From Podarcis erhardii (taxonomy: Eukaryota), in the NCBI GenBank assembly GCA_964252035.1, contig OZ176207.1: a stretch of 64,000 bases of DNA; one strand, 5' to 3'. Below the pieces are notes generated by a model, which worked only from the letters and a program-made list of their open reading frames with translations, did no database searches and was not told where the DNA came from. A program made the position numbers and the translations under genes. Each line of letters starts with the position of its first letter. Position 1 is the first letter of the stretch. This document shows positions 22,051-35,888 of this stretch, one piece after another.

Positions 22051-24399
22051 ATAGCTGGCCTCCTGGCTGTCCCAGGGGCAACCTGCATGTTAGTTTAACT
22101 TTAGGTCTTTCTGTGTTCATGCGACTATTTTAATCTATAAGCTGTTATTTTATATTGTTTAAAATGTCTATTTCACTCTTGTGAAAGCAGTCTCAGTTGT
22201 GCTTCTGAACTGAAACCCAGGTGCATAAAAGGATAAAACAAAGGAAGTGGGAAAGAGTAGTAAACCAAACCCAAACAAGTGGAATAGTGGTGTCATGGAG
22301 AAGAGTGGTCCAGCTGCCCAAAAGGTGAAATGAAGTGAGGCGGCAGGAGCAGCATGGCAGGAGAAACCAGCTCCTAGAGTGCTGACTCAGTGGTGTGGTC
22401 TGGCTGGAGATCTTGGTTACTACTCAATGCAGGCTCCGAGGCCTCACCAGAAATAGTTTATTCACCATTAGCTAAGTTTGTAGCGAGTTTATACATGAAC
22501 AACAGAAGACAACACAGAGGGTAGAAGGAATTGTGTGTGTGAGAGAGACTGTGGCCCCACCAAGAGCAGCTCACCCGGCCCCATCAAACTAGGCAACACA
22601 TCTGTCAGAGGCACACCTGTTTTCCCCTGTGTGAAGTTTAAGAAGCATGCATGTATAATGAAACTTGTGGCCCTTTACCTGTATAGAAGTTGTACTCTTG
22701 CGAGGAGTTTTGCTTTAACGAAGATGTTCAACTCATGGAAGTTTCATCTACTGCTCCTGATTGCATATTACCTGTATGCAGGAAACGCTAATGAAGAAAT
22801 AATCCTTTTATCATCCTTTGAGATTAATCTGATGAGAGCAAAATCAAGTTATCAGGAGGCAGATTGGGTAAAAAAAATGCTCCAGGAAAAGAAATTAGCC
22901 CTTATAGCAATGGCTCCCAAACCATAGGACAGAGTCCTCCCCATCCTCTGAAGACACCCGGAGAAAGAAGATTTTGTAGCAGACATTTTCCTTCTAGCAG
23001 CAGAGTGTGTAGCCTTGAAAATTGTTTGTGGATAATCAGGGGGCTAACATTTGTGGCTAACATGTGAAGGGGGCTTCTGGGATACGCTGTTCTGGATCTT
23101 TCCCATTCAGTTACTGTCTTGCTGGGAGGGCATCAGGTGGGAAAGATCCAGAGTCAGCTCCATCTATGCAGCATCTAGTAGTCCTTCACATGCACAGCTA
23201 TATGGCATGGCACTACAGGGAAGTGGTTGTGGGTATGAGTGAAGGTGGCCAGAACTGACTTTGATAATAATCTGTTAGGGGATACAGGCTTCACAGGTTT
23301 GGACCTAATCCATGTCACTTCATTGCACACACAGGTGTTGGCTGTTGGGCCTTTTATTGCCTGCAGCATCCTTTTACATATGCAAGTCTTGGTTCACAGG
23401 GAAATTCATATGCGGAAGCCTTCCCCCATGAATGGCTACTTGCTGCTTTGGGTAGTAAATGCTTTTAGCAAACCACAGGCAATAACCGGTAACATGGATA
23501 GAACACACTGGAACTAACATCACAAATCCAAATGTTGTTCATGCATTCAGAAGCAATCTAGAAGTCTTCTTACATATTGGATCAAATTAAAAGTTGTTGG
23601 TAATGCTTGAAACCATGAGACTGAGGCTAATGAACCTTGTGACATCCCCAGCAGCTGACCTGGATCCTGCACAAGCGCCAAGGCTTTAAAATATATATCC
23701 TTATTATTGCATTTTCAAAAAGTGCCAAGGCTTTTTTTATCCAGGCTAGTGCTGAACACATTTGGGATTCGATACCTCATATTGAAATAATTATGGGTAT
23801 AGATGGAGTTCTCATTTTCAGTGACTGATAGTAATTCAACTGAAGTCAAGCTGAGCTAATGTATCTGGTGTGCAGATGAAGGCTCTTCAGATGTTGTAAC
23901 CAGGTCCTCTAGGTTAGCTCAAAATTAAATGGCACCCATTCTGCCCCCAGACTTGCTCAAGCATCTGACTCACCCCCATTCTGGAAGGGCTTTGACTACT
24001 GTCGTAGACCTTTTCTTAATTGCAATTTCACCACAATGACAAGACTGCTTAAAATTTGTTCTACTGCACCACATGTTAAGAGTTTAATGGATTTGCATGC
24101 TTTTTATTAAAAACACTTCATAATGACACCACAAAACATGAATCTTCATTTGCGCAATGGAGCTTCAACACATTTTTCAAATGAAAGACAACAAGCTATT
24201 TCCAGTGAAAACAGCACATTACATAATGGTTGTTTCTTATGGCCCTAGGGTGGTTGTGAAACGCAAGGAGCAAGTTGTGGGAGAGAACTTTGCTAATATT
24301 GGGGTGGGTGGGAGGTGAAAATATTTGAAGAGGTTCATGGGGGAGGGAAAACAACATTTTTTACCTTAATTGGGGCCCCACCTGACGCATACATTTAAA

Positions 24400-24552
24400 G
24401 CAGTAGCATGTCACTTTAAACCATCATGGATTCCCCCAAAGAATCCTGGGAACTGTAGTTTGTTAAGGGTGCTGAGAGGAGACTCCTATTCACCTCATAG
24501 AACTACAATTTCCAGAGTTCTCTTGGAAGAGGGATTGCTTGTTAAGCCACTC
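24400..24552. mobile_element. Harbinger-like palindromic MITE (internal part)
   Basis: CATGGATTCCCCCAAAGAATCCTGGGAACTGTAGTTTGTTAAGGGTGCTG shared with 38688-38740. Confidence 0.6.
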
Positions 24553-24559
24553 TGTTATG

Positions 24560-24678
24560 CTCAGGTCCTGCTTTCAGGCTTTCCACAGGCATCTGATTGG
24601 CCGCTGTGAGAGCAAGATGCTGAACTAGATGAGCCATTGGCCTGATCCAGAAGAGCTTTTCTTTTGTTCTTATGTAAC
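24560..24678 (+). mobile_element. CR1-type 3' end
   Basis: CTAGATGAGCCATTGGCCTGATCCAG...TGTTCTTATG tail. Confidence 0.75.
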
Positions 24679-24944
24679 TTATATAAATTAGGACCAGTGG
24701 ATACAGATGTCTTTGCAACTTACCTGAGGTTAGGGAACTAATGGAGAAGAATTGTACGAACTGCTGCTCTACAGATACACTGCAATGTGAAATATGGTGG
24801 GTGTACCAAAAGGCACTGTCTCAATCACAGAAGTTGTATATCTATGGGGCATTTGTTCATACAATTTACTCCTCTACCTAATACATTTACTAAGGCATGG
24901 GCAAAGATATTATGTGGAAGCTGCCTGGAACTGGATTACACTCT

Positions 24945-25150
24945 GTGCCTAATATGATGTGGTGGATAGAGAAACCGACTTGATCAGGGACCCTCGGTTC
25001 AAATTCCTGCTAAGCCAGGAAAGTTTATGGGAGGAGCCTGGGCCTGTCATGGTCTCTTAGCCAAACCACCTTATAAAGTGGTGATGCACATAAAAGATGG
25101 GAAACATCAAGCATGTCCTTCTGAGCATCTTGGGTGGAAGGGTGAGAATA
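24945..25150 (+). mobile_element. Degenerate MIR/Squam3-like SINE
   Basis: B-box GGTTCAAATTCC and colinear similarity to 15479-15670. Confidence 0.5.
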
Positions 25151-28100
25151 GGAGAAATAAAGAAATGCAGAATCCATATACTTCGCAGAGATGATGTTTA
25201 CAGCGTACAAACAATACTGAAGTTACTATGCAATCATATTTGTGTGATAACAGAAAGGCTCCGTCTTCAAGGAGAATCACGGCAGTCTGCTAGGTTCCCA
25301 TTTATCCTTGGACACAAAGGATCAACACCAAATGCTTGGACTTGATCAAGTAGTGTTTTTTCAACAAAGTTTCCTTAGCTCTGAGGATCAATAAAATATT
25401 TTCAAGAGATAAGTTTGAATGCTCTTTTGGGATAAACAGATCTTTTCTTCCTTTTAAGAAAATGTCTTCATAACCCTACAGATAGCCAAAACCTAGCCTG
25501 AAAAAAAAATGTAGCACACACTGCTACACTGTTTCACTTCAGCCCATTTACTATTTTGTGCTTATCTGATGAATATTTGATCAATATCTATTTGCATGTG
25601 TATTGTAATACATTAATAATAAGAGAGAAAGAGTGGAAAAAAGATGAAACAACTATTACAAGGACTAACTGTAGAACTTTGTACTGTCTAGTTTCTCATT
25701 AGATGGGTCCCAATTTATTATGTTTACAATTTATTGGTAGGGTGAGTGGGGGAGAGGATTATAAAAGTTATTAGGGATTACATTATCTGTATTAGGGCCA
25801 AATAGGGTGGGGTGTTAAATGTGTCCTTGCATTTAATATGCAGGATTTTTCAAAAAAGCAAATAGCATTAACGTATGTGTGTAAAAATTATCAGGATTCC
25901 AGCAGATTGGCAAATCCTTCCTCTGAAGGTGCTTATTTGCATTGGGAAGAAACCCTCCATTGACAACCCCAAAGCAGGTTCAGTAGACAGGTTTTCTTCA
26001 GGATCAAAACAGAGGAGAGAAGGGTTAAATTCCTACTCTGTGCCTGTTGTGATTTCAGTGACAATCAACTATTTGCTATTTCCTTTTTTTTTCTTTAAAA
26101 CCTCACCCACCCTACATTTTTAATGCATTTACACATATAACATCACATTTAATTTGGCCCTAATTTATTCTCATAGTATTGCTAACAGAATATCATATAC
26201 ATTTTTTTAAAATGTAGTATGTGGAGTCCTTGGGCCACAGTTTCAATCCTGATTTATTTCCTCCATCTTAAGGTCAGGATCTCAAAACCTCATAACTGGT
26301 CCATGTGTATGAGGAGCATTTGAGCTTGGTGCTGCTTGGGAACAGCCCACCCACCTCACATGTCTACATGACAAATCACTTCTGAAAAAGAAGGTGTGTT
26401 TCAAAACAGCGGTATGTGATTAGGGATATGTAACTATTTTTTTTTAAAAAAGCAACAACACATACACATACACACAAATGAATGCAGTTTGAACAAATGG
26501 AAAAGGAAACATGCTTCTTAAAAAGAAGAAAGTGAATGGGAAAAGAAAACGAAAGATTTCTCTTGCATTTCCCTATTTGTGACACATTTTCTGCTCTGCA
26601 GGGAGATAATAAAAAAAAGGTTGACCATCTCACAAGGCAGGCCTAGAGCCTGTGTTCCTATGACCAAACTAGGACAGGTGACAAAGATAGCTGCAAATTC
26701 TTTACATTCCCCTACGGTTGCAGGGGAAGGGCCCTGATATGGACGGGGATAATAGCTCTGTAGGAGGGAAGTTTAACTCTCCCCCTTGTGCTATTTTCTT
26801 GATAGCCTGCTGCCCCATGTTCACAAAGTTGCTTTTTCCCCCTGTTGGGAAAACCTTATGTGAATAAGGCTGTCCCCATGTTTTCCTTAACGTGGTAAAT
26901 AGCAGCTTCAAAGATGGGGGGTTTCACTGAGAAAATAGTTAGTCCCACTTCTTCAGTGGTTCAATCCCAGATATAGCCCCTACACAGCTGCTATTTGAAA
27001 GAGATTTCCTTAGCTAGTTTGGTCCTTAGTTTGCATGTGCTGATTGTTTGCTGCAAAGAGTGCATGAGTACACCACAAAAGATCACTGTAATTTCACACC
27101 AGAGCTGTAAAACAAAAAAACAAATAATAATGCATGTTTTTACTGAAACAGCAGAATAATAATAATAAAAAACTGAGCTATGAAAATAATAACAAAAATT
27201 CCAGTAGGAAATTACTGATAATGGAGTAGTGCAAACAAAATGCAATTGTCTATACATACTCCTCTAAAACTGAAAGAGACTAGCTTACCAGGAAGCAAAC
27301 TGCACTTTTCAATCTCTGAAATTTGTCATATTACCATTGATCAGTGAAACCATTTTTATGAGGTAAGAACTGAGTGCAGGTTGAACACTTCCTGCTCTGC
27401 CTGATTTTGTTGGGAAAGGGCAGGAGCTAAGCACCTTTGGAAAGCTGGCCAGCTATTTCCAATATCTATTTTAAAATGCATAAAGGGTCCAGGATTTCAG
27501 AATGTGTCTTTGATGTATTTGAGAACCATTTACCATAAAAGCAATAACAAATTACAAGTAGTTGCTAAACTGCCAGAGTGTCTTAATAGTTATCTTTGCC
27601 ATTGTGGGTTTAAGACAATTATAGGCTAGGGAATTAAAAACAGAAGGCTACAGAAGCTGTAAACACAGGGAGACTGCCCTTACAGATTCTTTAAATATAG
27701 CAGCAAAACAAGCAGCCCTAGTAAAAAGAAATTCTGAGTTTGCCATTGACAGTGTATCAGTGTATTTACCTATTAGCTAACAAAGACTACATGATGATGA
27801 CCAAGTATTATTGATTTTGGAGCCTAACCTACTCCTAAGTATGCTCAGGATTATAACCTTAATGGGAAAAACATCACTTTGTATGCCCTGGACACAATTC
27901 AGTCAAAGGTAGATAACTCTCTCTTTAATTTAAACAGAAGTATAGCCCACCCCTATGTATGATTACTCAGAAGGAAGTCTCACTGAATAAATCTAAGTGT
28001 GCACAGGATTATAGCATTAAGCATACTTTAATATCTTTCTGTTGCTATTAATGGTACTTCACCCTGTTTAACATTGAGAAGATTGTGCTCAGGGTTAAGA

Positions 28101-28745
28101 TGTATCTGACAAACCGACACCATCACCTCCTACCTTGTTCAGGGTGTTATTATTTCCATTTTACAGAAAGGGAAGTAGGACGGGAGACACAGTGAGTTTG
28201 CATAGAATCAGCTATCTGAATCTGACTCTTTTATGTTTAATGGCTGGTTCGCCTCTTCTCAAATCTGCCTTGGGCAAGTAGCCAATTCAAAATGTGTTGC
28301 AGTTGGCCATCTGGAGAACTGGTCAGCTGGTTGCTCCATATGAAAGCCAGAGCCATTTTTTCAGTATTTGATGAGGTGAACAGGAAACATTACAATCCTC
28401 TTGTCATGCTGAAAAGCGATCTGGCCATAGGATTGATTGGATTTTTAAGATTTGGGGATATATGGAGGGCACAGCTGATGAAAAGACTGACCTGAAGGCA
28501 GTTGGAAGTCAAATAGGTGGAAAGGGGATTCATACCAGCTGCCCACGTGAGAAAATTGTTCGCACACTCAGTATCATGGAACAACTTCAGCAAAGCTGGT
28601 AGAGCTCCCACCCCCATTGAATGAATTGTGGGAAATGAATTGTGCTGGAAATGGTGGCTCGTTCCATATTTGGTTGCTGAAATTATGAATGTGAAATGCT
28701 GGGAGCCCCGTAACACTGATGGCTGCTTGCCTGTATCACTTGCTA

Positions 28746-28941
28746 CAGTGCTATTCTTCTAGAAAAAGAGGTGCCAGAATTCACCATGAACGCTTCCCTT
28801 CTTCTCTTAGAATGGCAATGCTGCTCACAAGAGAGATGCTGGAACTGAGTTCCAGAGAGTTCCGGCAGAAAAAAGCCCCGACTTGCTACTAGAGAGGTGC
28901 TGGAACTGAGTTCCGGCAGAAAAAAAAGCCCCGACTTGCTA
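28746..28941. mobile_element. hAT-type MITE (28746-28880) with perfect 8-bp TSD and a duplicated right end
   Basis: ACTTGCTA at 28738-28745, 28881-28888 and 28934-28941; termini CAGTGCTATT / AAAAGCCCCG. Confidence 0.85.
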
Positions 28942-30683
28942 CACAAATGCAGACACTGGCTTGAAGTAAAACCTCCAGCCTTTTTGCTGGTCCTTCTGTG
29001 ATTTTAACATGGTGAAATTAACCCATATTTACCTCCTCATTTTCTTCTCAAGAAATCTTGTTGAAATTCCTTACCCCCAGGAGATTCAGCGGGTAAATAC
29101 TTGAAAGGCAACATTCTCAGCAGTTTTCTGCTTGGCAGGAGCCCCCCCCCTTTTTGAAAACAAAGGGGAGGATTCAAAAGTAGTCATTCTTTCTCCCCTC
29201 CACAACCAGAAGTGGGGCAGTTCACTTCACCACCTCAACATCCCCATCTTACTCATCATATGGGACCCAGCAACAGGGAATCCCAATGTAAAAGTGTCAT
29301 ACAGCTGCAGAATAACAAACCATAATTCTAGATTAACCCCCTTCGCTTCCTTTATAATAAAATAGAGGCCCATTTTGAAGTGTTTGCTTCAATTAGGATC
29401 ATCTATACTTGTACTCTGTGTCAAAGTTTTGCCTTTTTTTTTTCTTTCCGAAGGAGAACCTGGAATGTAGATTCAGCCTTTTTTGTTATTGAAACTCAGA
29501 ACCTACAATCAGTTGCCATGTAATTAACTGTATTTTTTTCTGTCTGGTGAATGTATTAATTATCTTCAATATAACATAATGGCCTCCCTTCTCTTGAGCA
29601 CGGAGTCTTTGGAAGAAGTTTTGTTTCATTTGATCCCTTTCAAGTTTCTCCAGTTACTGAAAACTACTTTGAAAGAGCAACCTCTGAAAGTATTTATGGG
29701 GGCAAGATAACATTTATAAACAAGAAAACCCACCTCAGTGACATTCATTGATGAAATTTACCTTAAAAGTTTATCTCTCTGCATATCACATAGATAGAAT
29801 TTTTCAGCAATGTAGTAAACTGCAATTTGAAACCGTGTCCTCTCATAGAAGTGTCTTGCAGCTCTGCTCAAAACCGGGAGAAGGGGAAAAAACTGCTTTA
29901 AAGATAATGGTACCTTTGGAATGTTAATAGTGCAAAACTTTCAAAAGGTGAAATTATTTCTTAGCCAAACTAGCAAAGAAGCAAGCTGGCTTAGGCCATT
30001 TTGCACCTTTGTGCTAGAGAATGGCCGGGTTTAAATTACAGCAGCTTCAGTCTTTGCTTTTCAATCCCTTAATCCTTAAGGAGCAGAGGTTTCAGTTCAA
30101 GACAACTTCACACAGAACATAAAAAAGACGCGGTGAGCCTCCCTCAAGTAGGATGATCTTTTTTTCCTCTTCAGCTGTAATCTTTCTCTTGCATCCAACT
30201 GCAAATTAAAAAAAAAAGTCTGAAGAAAACCAGTGTCAAATAATTAATGCACCCCCCCGCACTATCGTTTAATATATATACATGAAAAGCAGTAAATGCT
30301 TTTCATGTGAGCCACTTACAGGCGGTTGTACCTGTGGTTTTCATCACTATTTTACTGGTATTCCCTCACATTAGTGAGCCTTTGTGAAACGCCTGAGCTC
30401 AAATGGGGAAAAGGAAGCTGGCCTCGCAGGCTGGTTTTACATCTGGTAGCCAACGCTATTACTTAAACCAGCTACGTCAGCTTTCCAAAAAGCTGTATAG
30501 GTCGACTCAGGGCAATTACGGTCTGATCTAAGACACATACACTTCTTAATTATTTCCAGGTGTTGTTTGAGCACTGTATTTTTCTTATCTATAATTAATA
30601 TTTTCTAATAGGGCTGAAGTAAAAAAATGTGAAGCCTATTGATTTCCTTAACACTGAGTTCTCTTGGTAACAGTTTCACAAAA

Positions 30684-30690
30684 GTGTGTG

Positions 30691-30723
<33 letters not shown>
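30684..30723. repeat. (TG)n microsatellite, one interruption
   Basis: Direct reading. Confidence 0.95.
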
Positions 30724-31134
30724 TTAAAAGCAGAATGTTAGTTTGGGTCCCAACTATAATTTAAATTATAATTTCCAGGTGTTATGTATACGTTTCTTTA
30801 CATCAAAGGGAATGGGAATGTAATGACTTATTTAGGTTTGCTCCCTGAGGACTTAAACAGTGTATGGCAGAAGTGGTCATAATTGATTTTCAGAATCTTT
30901 CTGGAAACAGTTATGAAAACCTCTAGTTAAACTGGTATGCTGCTTTCTGGAGTTCCTGGTAGATGATGACTTATGTGAGCTTATATGGAGTCTTTTCAAA
31001 ATATTTCAGTAAACCGGGCTGAATTAGTACACGTTACAAACAGCAAAGCATTCTGATTAATCCAAAATTCTACAAGCGGTTGTGTCTGGCATGCAGTGAT
31101 CATATCAGATCAGGCTATTTAAAAAAAGAGAGAG

Positions 31135-31250
31135 AAAGAAAAACAGTCTGAAAATGTTTTTAGTGTTGTAGTTTTTAGGTATTGTAACCTGCCCTGAGAC
31201 CTTATGGTAAAGGGTGGTTAAGAAATAAAATTGATATTAACAACAATTAA
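31135..31250 (+). mobile_element. Short L2-type 3' tail remnant
   Basis: TATTGTAACCTGCCCTGAGACCTTATGGTAAAGGGTGGTTAAGAAATAAAA resembles L2/MIR 3' ends. Confidence 0.4.
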
Positions 31251-34200
31251 AAAAAAAAAAAATTGAGGAGAGTCCATAGCATCAGAAGCCTCTCCACATA
31301 AAAATAAAGTGGTGCCTGATTGATTACTCCAATTCTTCTGAATAAGAGTGATTCCTATTTTTAAGTAAACATTTCCCCCTAATAAGCTTGTGCTATAAAA
31401 GGCACCATCAGTTTAGAATGATATCTAGGCCACCTTTTATGACGAAGCTATCTCACAGTGGCTTACGTAAAAAGAACAAAACACAGTTTCAAATATAATA
31501 CAAATACAAACATAATACATTCTCAAAGTTAAAACCTTTCCCTGCACAAAAGCAAATAAATAAGTAAATAAATGCACTGAATTTCTTGTTGTTTAGAGAG
31601 CTCAAAACACATGGGAAAAAATGGATAGCTAATTTTCTATCCCCCCCTTTTCTTTTCTTTTTCAATTTTGGTTCTTCTTTAAACATGGTTTGACCTTAAT
31701 CAATGTCTCCGAACAAGCTTAATGTGACATAACCCTGAAACAAAAACAGGAACGCCTCTCAGGTCCAGCTTTGGAATGAAAAAGCTGTGATTATTAGTCC
31801 TCTGTGTGATCTTTTCAGATTGCGCTGATGAGATGAAGTTTAATCTCCTTTCTCTCTTCTCCAGCACCACAAACCACAGGCAGTTTAAGGCAGCCTGGAA
31901 ATCTCTCACATCTGGAAGAGCCATAATTCATGGGATTTCACTTGACAGCCATGACAGGCAGCAGGGCAGCCAGAAACAACTGTCTCTTATGTTCTGCTAT
32001 TTGCAAGAAGTCAGAAGAGGAGGAGCAGGCATAGGACCACATCCTTCTTTAGCATATGTTAGAGGAGGAAACGCTTTTATTTTCTGCCAGATGCTTCATG
32101 AATCGGTCCTAAATATTACATAGACAGTAGCTATCACTTCCAAACAAAATTCCTTGGTGTCTGCTAAGCTGCAAAACATATGAAGGCCTATTGTCTGGCA
32201 AAGAGTCATGGTTAAATTTGCAGATTCTTTCAGATATATATATATGTATAGATATTTCAGATTCTACGTTTTGATTTATAGGGTTTTGCACACCCTGCTG
32301 TGCGTGAATATGATACCATCTTCTAAGCAGGATTATTTCATGAAATGTATATGGGATTTAGCTACAGTAACTTTTACTGGGCAGCTCAGAATGGCCGGCA
32401 AAGTACTAGAATTTACGGCAGCACAGCTTGTGCTGTCAGGCTCATGGCTGGTGTTTATGATTTCGGCAGAAGCAGAAATAAACAACTTCTCCTTAATGGT
32501 TCTCTTTATACGGAGGCAGCAGTAGCTCTATCTGGTCTCACAACAGTAGCTGGGGCAATGGTCTGTTCCACCGCATGTGGAACCAATGCCTGACACATTT
32601 GCATTTCGGCTCCTTAGACTTTCCTGCTGAAATAGCCAGAAATGGATAAATCAGCAGCAAATGTCTGAGTAAGTAGCATTCCATTCGACTTCTTTTGAGT
32701 GCTATAAATACATTTGAGACAAATAGGGCCAGTGCTTGGAAAACAGAAATGGAGAACATTAATAGAACTCTTTTTATTTTTGGTCTCACATCTCTAAACA
32801 TCCCTGTATGTTTAAAAATACATACATAATCATGTTCAATTAAGGCTTGAAAGCACAACAAAAGTAGAGGTCTAAAACATGCAAGGCAACCTTATAGGTT
32901 AATAACGGAAGGGAGATTCTCTCCTACCTATGAACTTCAAATTAAAAGGGACAGAGGAAAAGAGCAAACATTCCAGTATAACAATGCGAAAAGCCCTATT
33001 AAATGGAGACTGGTGGCTTTGTGTTTACTTGGGAAAACATATTTCCTCTGGCCTGGAAGAAAAGAGGTCAGCGACTGAAAAAACTCTGCAAACCTGTTCT
33101 GAAAAATAAAGCTAAGGCTGCAATGCTATGCATGCTTGTATGGGAGCAAGCCTCACGGAACACAATGGGACTTGATTCCAAGTAAATATGAATAAATTGC
33201 TTTGCAAAGTACAGAGGCTGGTTAATGACTTATTATCAGCCCAGGTAAATACAGTACAAATGTATTAAATTATCCCAATTGTTAAAAAAAAAGGGGGGGG
33301 GAATGGCCTTAATATAGTGAAGCACAAGGGAAGATCAACACACCAAATGAAGCTTTTTCTATAGGTAGTTTTCAACTAAGTGTTCCTCAGAGTAGACCCA
33401 TTAAAATTAATGGACCTAACTTAGTCATGTTTAATTCATTTCAGGAGGTCTACTCATAGCTCTGTGTTAGCAGAACAGTAGTTTAAAATTCACTGATGTG
33501 TCACAAAAAAGAGAACACTGGTTAGCATATAACACTTATTTACATATGCAAATATATGTATAGATGCAAATTTAGGGGGGGGGGAGCTCTTACCCACCAT
33601 GGTCAATGTGCTATTATTGTTTTTTTGTGAACTCCAGGGAGGTGACTTGGGTGCTGCTAATACAGCATTTTGACTTCCCTCCCAAAGGTGCACTCCATTG
33701 TCTCTTGAGACAGACAGATGCCAACAACAAAGGCAATGACAACTTCTGACCACTGGGGCTGGTGGGGCAAAGGACTGGGGAGAGGAGCTAACAGCAGGTG
33801 GAGCTAGAGAGAGGCAGAGTCAGTCAACTGGCAAAGACCAGAGTTGGAAAGGGAAGAAAGAACAAAACTAGGGTCTTGGAGTGGACAGAAATAGAATGGT
33901 TATGGGGAAGGGAGATGGTTTCTGTGCTGGACTGGAGGTTATTCGCTCCCAGTGAGGTACAGAAACCAAATAATTTTGTCATATTTTCCTACCCCTGCTT
34001 TAAACAAAAGCAACAGCACCTGCCTGCTACTTCTCATCCAGTTTTTGAAGTGGTTTACTAACATCCTGACTCTCAGAACAGAACTTCGCAGCAGCAATGT
34101 GATTGGTGCCCCTGAACCAATAAGAATTCATTCAAGATTCTTTCAACCAATCTGCGGAAAAGAGGGGGGTGGGGGTATTTTGATGTACTTGCAGTGGATT

Positions 34201-34469
34201 GGTTGTGGGTCCACTTCATTCAAATAACAGCAATTGGTGTGTCCTAACTGGTTAGGTGCTTCCAGTCATAAAGAAGTCCATTTGGAGGATCAGTGGGTGT
34301 TGTTGTCTAAATACTGTTTTCTGTGGGAATTGCTTGCAGAAAGACATGGGCTCCAAGCAGGAAGACAGGCAGAGGGGTGGGGGAGAAATGGGTAGGTTCT
34401 GAGGTTAAGGGAGGGTGAGAGTTTCTGAGGTGGGGTCTAGGTGCTGTTGATGCCCCTTTCACCCTTGGT

Positions 34470-34762
34470 CCAACCTCCTGCAATGCAGGAATCTCAACTA
34501 AAGCATCCATTAGGGATGGCCATCCACCCTCGGCTTAAAAATCTCCAGTGAAGGAGAGTCTACAACCGCTTGAGGGAGTCTGTTCCACTGTCAAACTGCT
34601 CTGTCAGAAAGTTCTTCCTGGTGTTGAGTCTGAATCTCCTTTATTGTAACTTGAAGCCGTTGGTTCAGGTCCTGGCCTCCAGAGCAGGAGAAAACAAACT
34701 TGTTCCATCTTCCATGTGGTGACAGGCCTTGAGATATTTGAAGACGGCTATCATCTCCTCTA
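34470..34762 (-). mobile_element. CR1 LINE ORF2 C-terminus and 3' UTR
   Basis: Minus strand reads like RGDMIAVFKYLK...LFSPA...NGFKLQ.RRFRLN.RKNFL; GTCCAACCTCCTGCAATGCAGGAATCTC is the reverse complement of 11654-11685. Confidence 0.88.
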
Positions 34763-35575
34763 GCTAGCACTAGTGTTTGCATATGCCAGCCACAAGCAGG
34801 AGGCTACGTCCTGACCCAGTTAATTCTGCAGTTCAGTATCATATCTCACGTAAGCACCACCAACACACTTACAATTCAATCAGTCATTTCCCACTTTGAA
34901 TAACTGGTTACCAACTGACAAGCACATGTCATATTAATAAAAAAAAAGTGTGTGTCATTGTGTATATCCCAAAAATTCCCAAGTTCACCTTTTTCAGTGA
35001 AGGCAAGAGACCTTGATAACAAAAGATCAGAATGGTGAAGTTCCACCAGTGCACCCTCCTCAAATTTGCTCCAGAGGGAACCCCCAGAACAGATTAAGAG
35101 TGAGCATGGGGGGGGGGGAGGCCCATTGTGCAATCAGAAATTCCTGCACTGATGGGATGATTACTTAGTGCTGCATTGGATACAAGCCTAGTTTTAAAAA
35201 CAAGGCTGAAATAATAGTTTTTACAGTGTGTTTCCCCCCCTTTGTGACTTAACACATGCTACAGATATAAGGGTACAAAGAGACATACATGAAACAGCTA
35301 AGTATACACCTGGCTAAGACTTTAAACCAAGGCCACTGTCCCATGGCTCGGTCTTGAAGAGATTCTCTCAGCTTCCTTTGTTATTCACATTAAACTTACA
35401 TCCATCATCCTATTTTGGTACATATTTTCCAGAGCATGACGCTTGGTAATTAAGAATACAGAAGGTTCTATTCATTGTGGGGTATTTTCACATTCTTCAG
35501 ACAGAGTGAACGCGATGAGACTGAATTTTGATTACTGTACTGAATCTCAAAGCACACAGTGATGGAAACATTCAT

Positions 35576-35613
<38 letters not shown>

Positions 35614-35617
35614 TATA
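35576..35617. repeat. (TA)n microsatellite, one interruption
   Basis: Direct reading. Confidence 0.95.
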
Positions 35618-35756
35618 AGTTCTTCCAGCGTTTAGCAAATCTTCAGGAACTTAGGACTTAGAAACAGCAAAGTTTCAGATAACAGTCAGGCAATGTTGTT
35701 TACTGCAAAGATGATTGTATAAGAGCACTTCCCCCCCACCCCCTCTTCTTCGCTAG

Positions 35757-35888
35757 NNNNNNNNNNNNNNNNNNNNNNNNNNNNNNNNNNNNNNNNNNNN
35801 NNNNNNNNNNNNNNNNNNNNNNNNNNNNNNNNNNNNNNNNNNNNNNNNNNNNNNNNNNNNNNNNNNNNNNNNNNNNNNNNNNNNNNNN
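35757..35888. other. Assembly gap (132 N)
   Basis: Run of N. Confidence 1.
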
